64,000 nt of DNA from Diadema antillarum (Eukaryota). Location of the stretch: positions 1,798,001-1,862,000 of the forward strand of contig NW_027271262.1 of assembly GCF_040938485.1 (NCBI RefSeq). Reading direction: 5' to 3'. The notes beneath the pieces are model-generated. The model made no database searches. It was not told where the DNA came from and worked only from the letters and a program-made list of their open reading frames with translations. This document shows positions 61,262 to 64,000 of this stretch, in pieces; the first letter of the stretch is position 1; each line of letters starts with the position of its first letter. The translations under genes were made by a program, and so were the position numbers.

Positions 61262-64000
61262 ACTTACTGAGTTACGATACCCCTCTTCCTTTGTCCAGAT
61301 TATAAAATATCATGTATCAAAATATCAATTGATCTATGATGTCACACCTACGTAGGATTATACGTTGTATTATTCCTTTTCCCCATTTGTCACAACATGA
61401 ACATCATCATGCTTGTTTGAAAAATCCAGAAATCATATCAGTTAGTCATATAAAAATTCGGACATATGATATTTCATTTCAAATTTTATTTCTTTTTTAG
61501 AAAAGCACATAGACATTTCACTGTCTTTGGTAACAGTGAATAAAGTCTCATAAGCAAAGCAAAGAAAGCTGAGAAGAGTATGANNNNNNNNNNNNNNNNN
61601 NNNNNNNNNNNNNNNNNNNNNNNNNNNNNNNNNNNNNNNNNNNNNNNNNNNNNNNNNNNNNNNNNNNNNNNNNNNNNNNNNNNNNNNNNNNNNNNNNNNN
61701 NNNNNNNNNNNATGATAAACTACATGCAGGTGCGAATGCGAACGTGGATTATGATTAGGAAGACAAACTCTAGTGCTGACTACGAGGATGTCAAGAGAAA
61801 GGAAGAGTGATAATAATGATCTTCTCAGAATCATATTGTCATGAATATGCATTTGTGCAAAGTGGGTGTGGCCTGTTCGGCCCACGTTGGAGCAGAGGAT
61901 GGATCGAGACTGGGGGGGGGGGGGCGATGGCGCTTGAGGCGAGGGGGTTGGGGATAAAGTTTTGTTGTTACTTACATCTGGTATGGTGGTGGTAATTTGT
62001 TTGTTGTCAGAAAATAATGTGTGACATGTTGTTGTGTCCCCAAATATTTTCATCCCTTTGTAATAATATGAAAAAAGAATGTAAACACGTGTACACTCCG
62101 GACCTTGCAATGTCGTTTGTTTTTGCTTTGAGCAAAAGAGAGTAGAGAATTTGTTTATGCACACGGAAACACTGACAAAGTTTCAGGGGGAAAAGCTGAA
62201 GTTACATCAACAACAATTCATCCATCCAGTTGTAGAGTCTTTCACGACAGATATTCATGGATTGGCTGGAAACAATCAGGTTCCAAAAGAAGTTATATCA
62301 CACAACTCCCTGGACCGTTTAGATCAGACCCCCTAAATTCCTCATTTTTTTTCCAAGTTAAAGCCATAGTTTAAATGTGGATGAAAAAAACAAACAAACC
62401 ACAGCTTTAGTGCTTCAAAGTAGTTCTAAGATGTGAGTAAGGGATAGAAATAACCAATCTAAAATGTTAATCAGCATAATCAATGTTAAGTGTTTATACG
62501 AGATGTGAACAACAGATTTATCAAAATCGTTTTCAGAATGAACCGTCTACAGTCATGGCTTATTGAGATAATTAGTGATTATATTTGCGGCTTAATTCAT
62601 TGCGAACTGTTTACATGGTAGGATGTTTTGTGGTATACAACTGAACTACACATATGCATCAAAATAGGGTGTGATAACTGGAACATTTTTCATCACTGCG
62701 CCCAACGGTAAACAGTGGTTTTAATCGTGAGCGGGATCGAGCTAGTTAAACTGAGATCGTCTATAAGAAATATGAGGCGAGTCAAGTGAATTGGTGAACT
62801 CGTGACAGGCGACAGGCAAATAATGGATAGAAGCAGGAGAGAAAGAACGGGGGAAGAGGGTTTTCTTCTTTTTTTTTCCACGTCCATTTTTGACTTGGGA
62901 AAACATCCTGAGGGTTGGATTAGCTGGGGAGCGATTATATTTTTTTTTCTTTCCCTTTGGTCTCTCTCTCTCTCTCTTCCTCTCTTCCTCTCTTTTCGTT
63001 TTCTTTCTTTATCCAGGGTAGGGAGTGTGAATTATAGTTTCCTATAGAAGAATTCTGGCGATAACTCGCGTGCGCAAGTGAGATTGTTTGATGTATGAAT
63101 TGTTGTCTGGCCCGGCAGACCGTAATGCATATACAGTATGTGTCATGAACTTACTATGAGTGTAGAGATCAAGTTTGTGGAGCACACTATGCTGGTGGTC
63201 GGGCGGTCGCTAAACGCCACAAGAGGTACGCCAATAGATGGGTGCGGACCTGTGGTACATGTCGGCTGTGGTACACTTTGTTCTGATAGTTTTCGTGCGC
63301 CCAATACTGTACCCCTTACCTGTACCAACGCATGCACAGACCCGNNNNNNNNNNNNNNNNNNNNNNNNNNNNNNNNNNNNNNNNNNNNNNNNNNNNNNNN
63401 NNNNNNNNNNNNNNNNNNNNNNNNNNNNNNNNNNNNNNNNNNNNNNNNNNNNNNNNNNNNNNNNNNNNNNNNNNNNNNNNNNNNNNNNNNNNNNNNNNNN
63501 NNNNNNNNNNNNNNNNNNNNNNNNNNNNNNNNNNNNNNNNNNNNNNNNNNNNNNNNNNNNNNNNNNNNNNNNNNNNNNNNNNNNNNNNNNNNNNNNNNNN
63601 NNACACCCACACATAAACAAAATCTCGTTACTAAGGTAATGGGTTTCGCCACTGAAACAAAACTATCTGTGATCAAAAGGGTATTGTTGACATATAAAAC
63701 TACATGAATGCACACAGCGTTTATAAATAGGCAGTACTTCATTCATTTTGAGGGATGCGGAACAACCTTGACTTGATTTTTATCACACACAAAAAAGAGG
63801 ATTAAAAATCCTTGATTGGGTATAAGGAGATCTATAATTTGTACATGTAATGATGTTTAAAAGAGAACCCTATTACACATCACTTCTTGTTAGGGTGTTT
63901 TTGTAAAATGCAGTTTAATGTGAACCTTGTTGACCTAGTACCCAAATAATAGTTCCTCATCTATGGGAATGACTGCATTGAGTAAGCAAGGTTCTGTTTA

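Noticed and set aside
61530-62336. Faint LINE ORF2-like peptides (SLISKAKK; VPKEVISHNSLD)
   Set aside because: Resemblance is too weak and there are no RT core motifs; needs a profile search.
9687-63742. Long ORFs containing X runs (9687, 9730, 9789, 49469, 61442, 61580, 63138-63742)
   Set aside because: Artefacts of translating N gaps.
1-64000. CRISPR arrays, operons, prokaryotic or viral systems
   Set aside because: The DNA is intron-containing eukaryotic sequence; there are no regularly spaced repeat-spacer units and no transposase, RT or viral ORFs.

Overview
Eukaryotic, AT-rich invertebrate genomic DNA with spliceosomal introns, microsatellites and five N-gaps. The repeat landscape suggests an echinoderm such as a sea urchin (inference). 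Genes: (1,2) two tandem + strand paralogous amino-acid transporters of the AAAP/Aa_trans family (gene A 2234-8435, gene B 12396-20391). Each has 8 coding exons of identical sizes (60/100/172/180/239/219/199/160 nt, 442 aa) and a shared GC-AG seventh intron. (3) An achaete-scute-family bHLH gene on the - strand (~39826-40482, probably spliced at its 3' end), set in a ~30 kb stretch with no other recognisable gene and scattered GC-rich islands. (4) A single-coding-exon 682-aa basic, Ser/Arg-rich protein with an N-terminal coiled coil (51532-53580). Repeats include a tRNA-headed SINE (3 copies), a TTAA-flanked Kolobok-type MITE (3 copies), Harbinger-, Tc1- and TA-microsatellite-associated MITEs, LINE 3' tails, and tRNA-like cores enclosed by inverted repeats. 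No unmistakable new multi-gene system is visible. The best leads are: a 16-nt intronic ATF4-C/EBP-type element conserved in both transporter paralogues together with a conserved N-terminal dileucine-type signal; a divergent, apparently intron-containing ASC gene; a CCDC190-like/Tau-motif protein; and foldback elements with tRNA-like cores. All alignments were done by eye.
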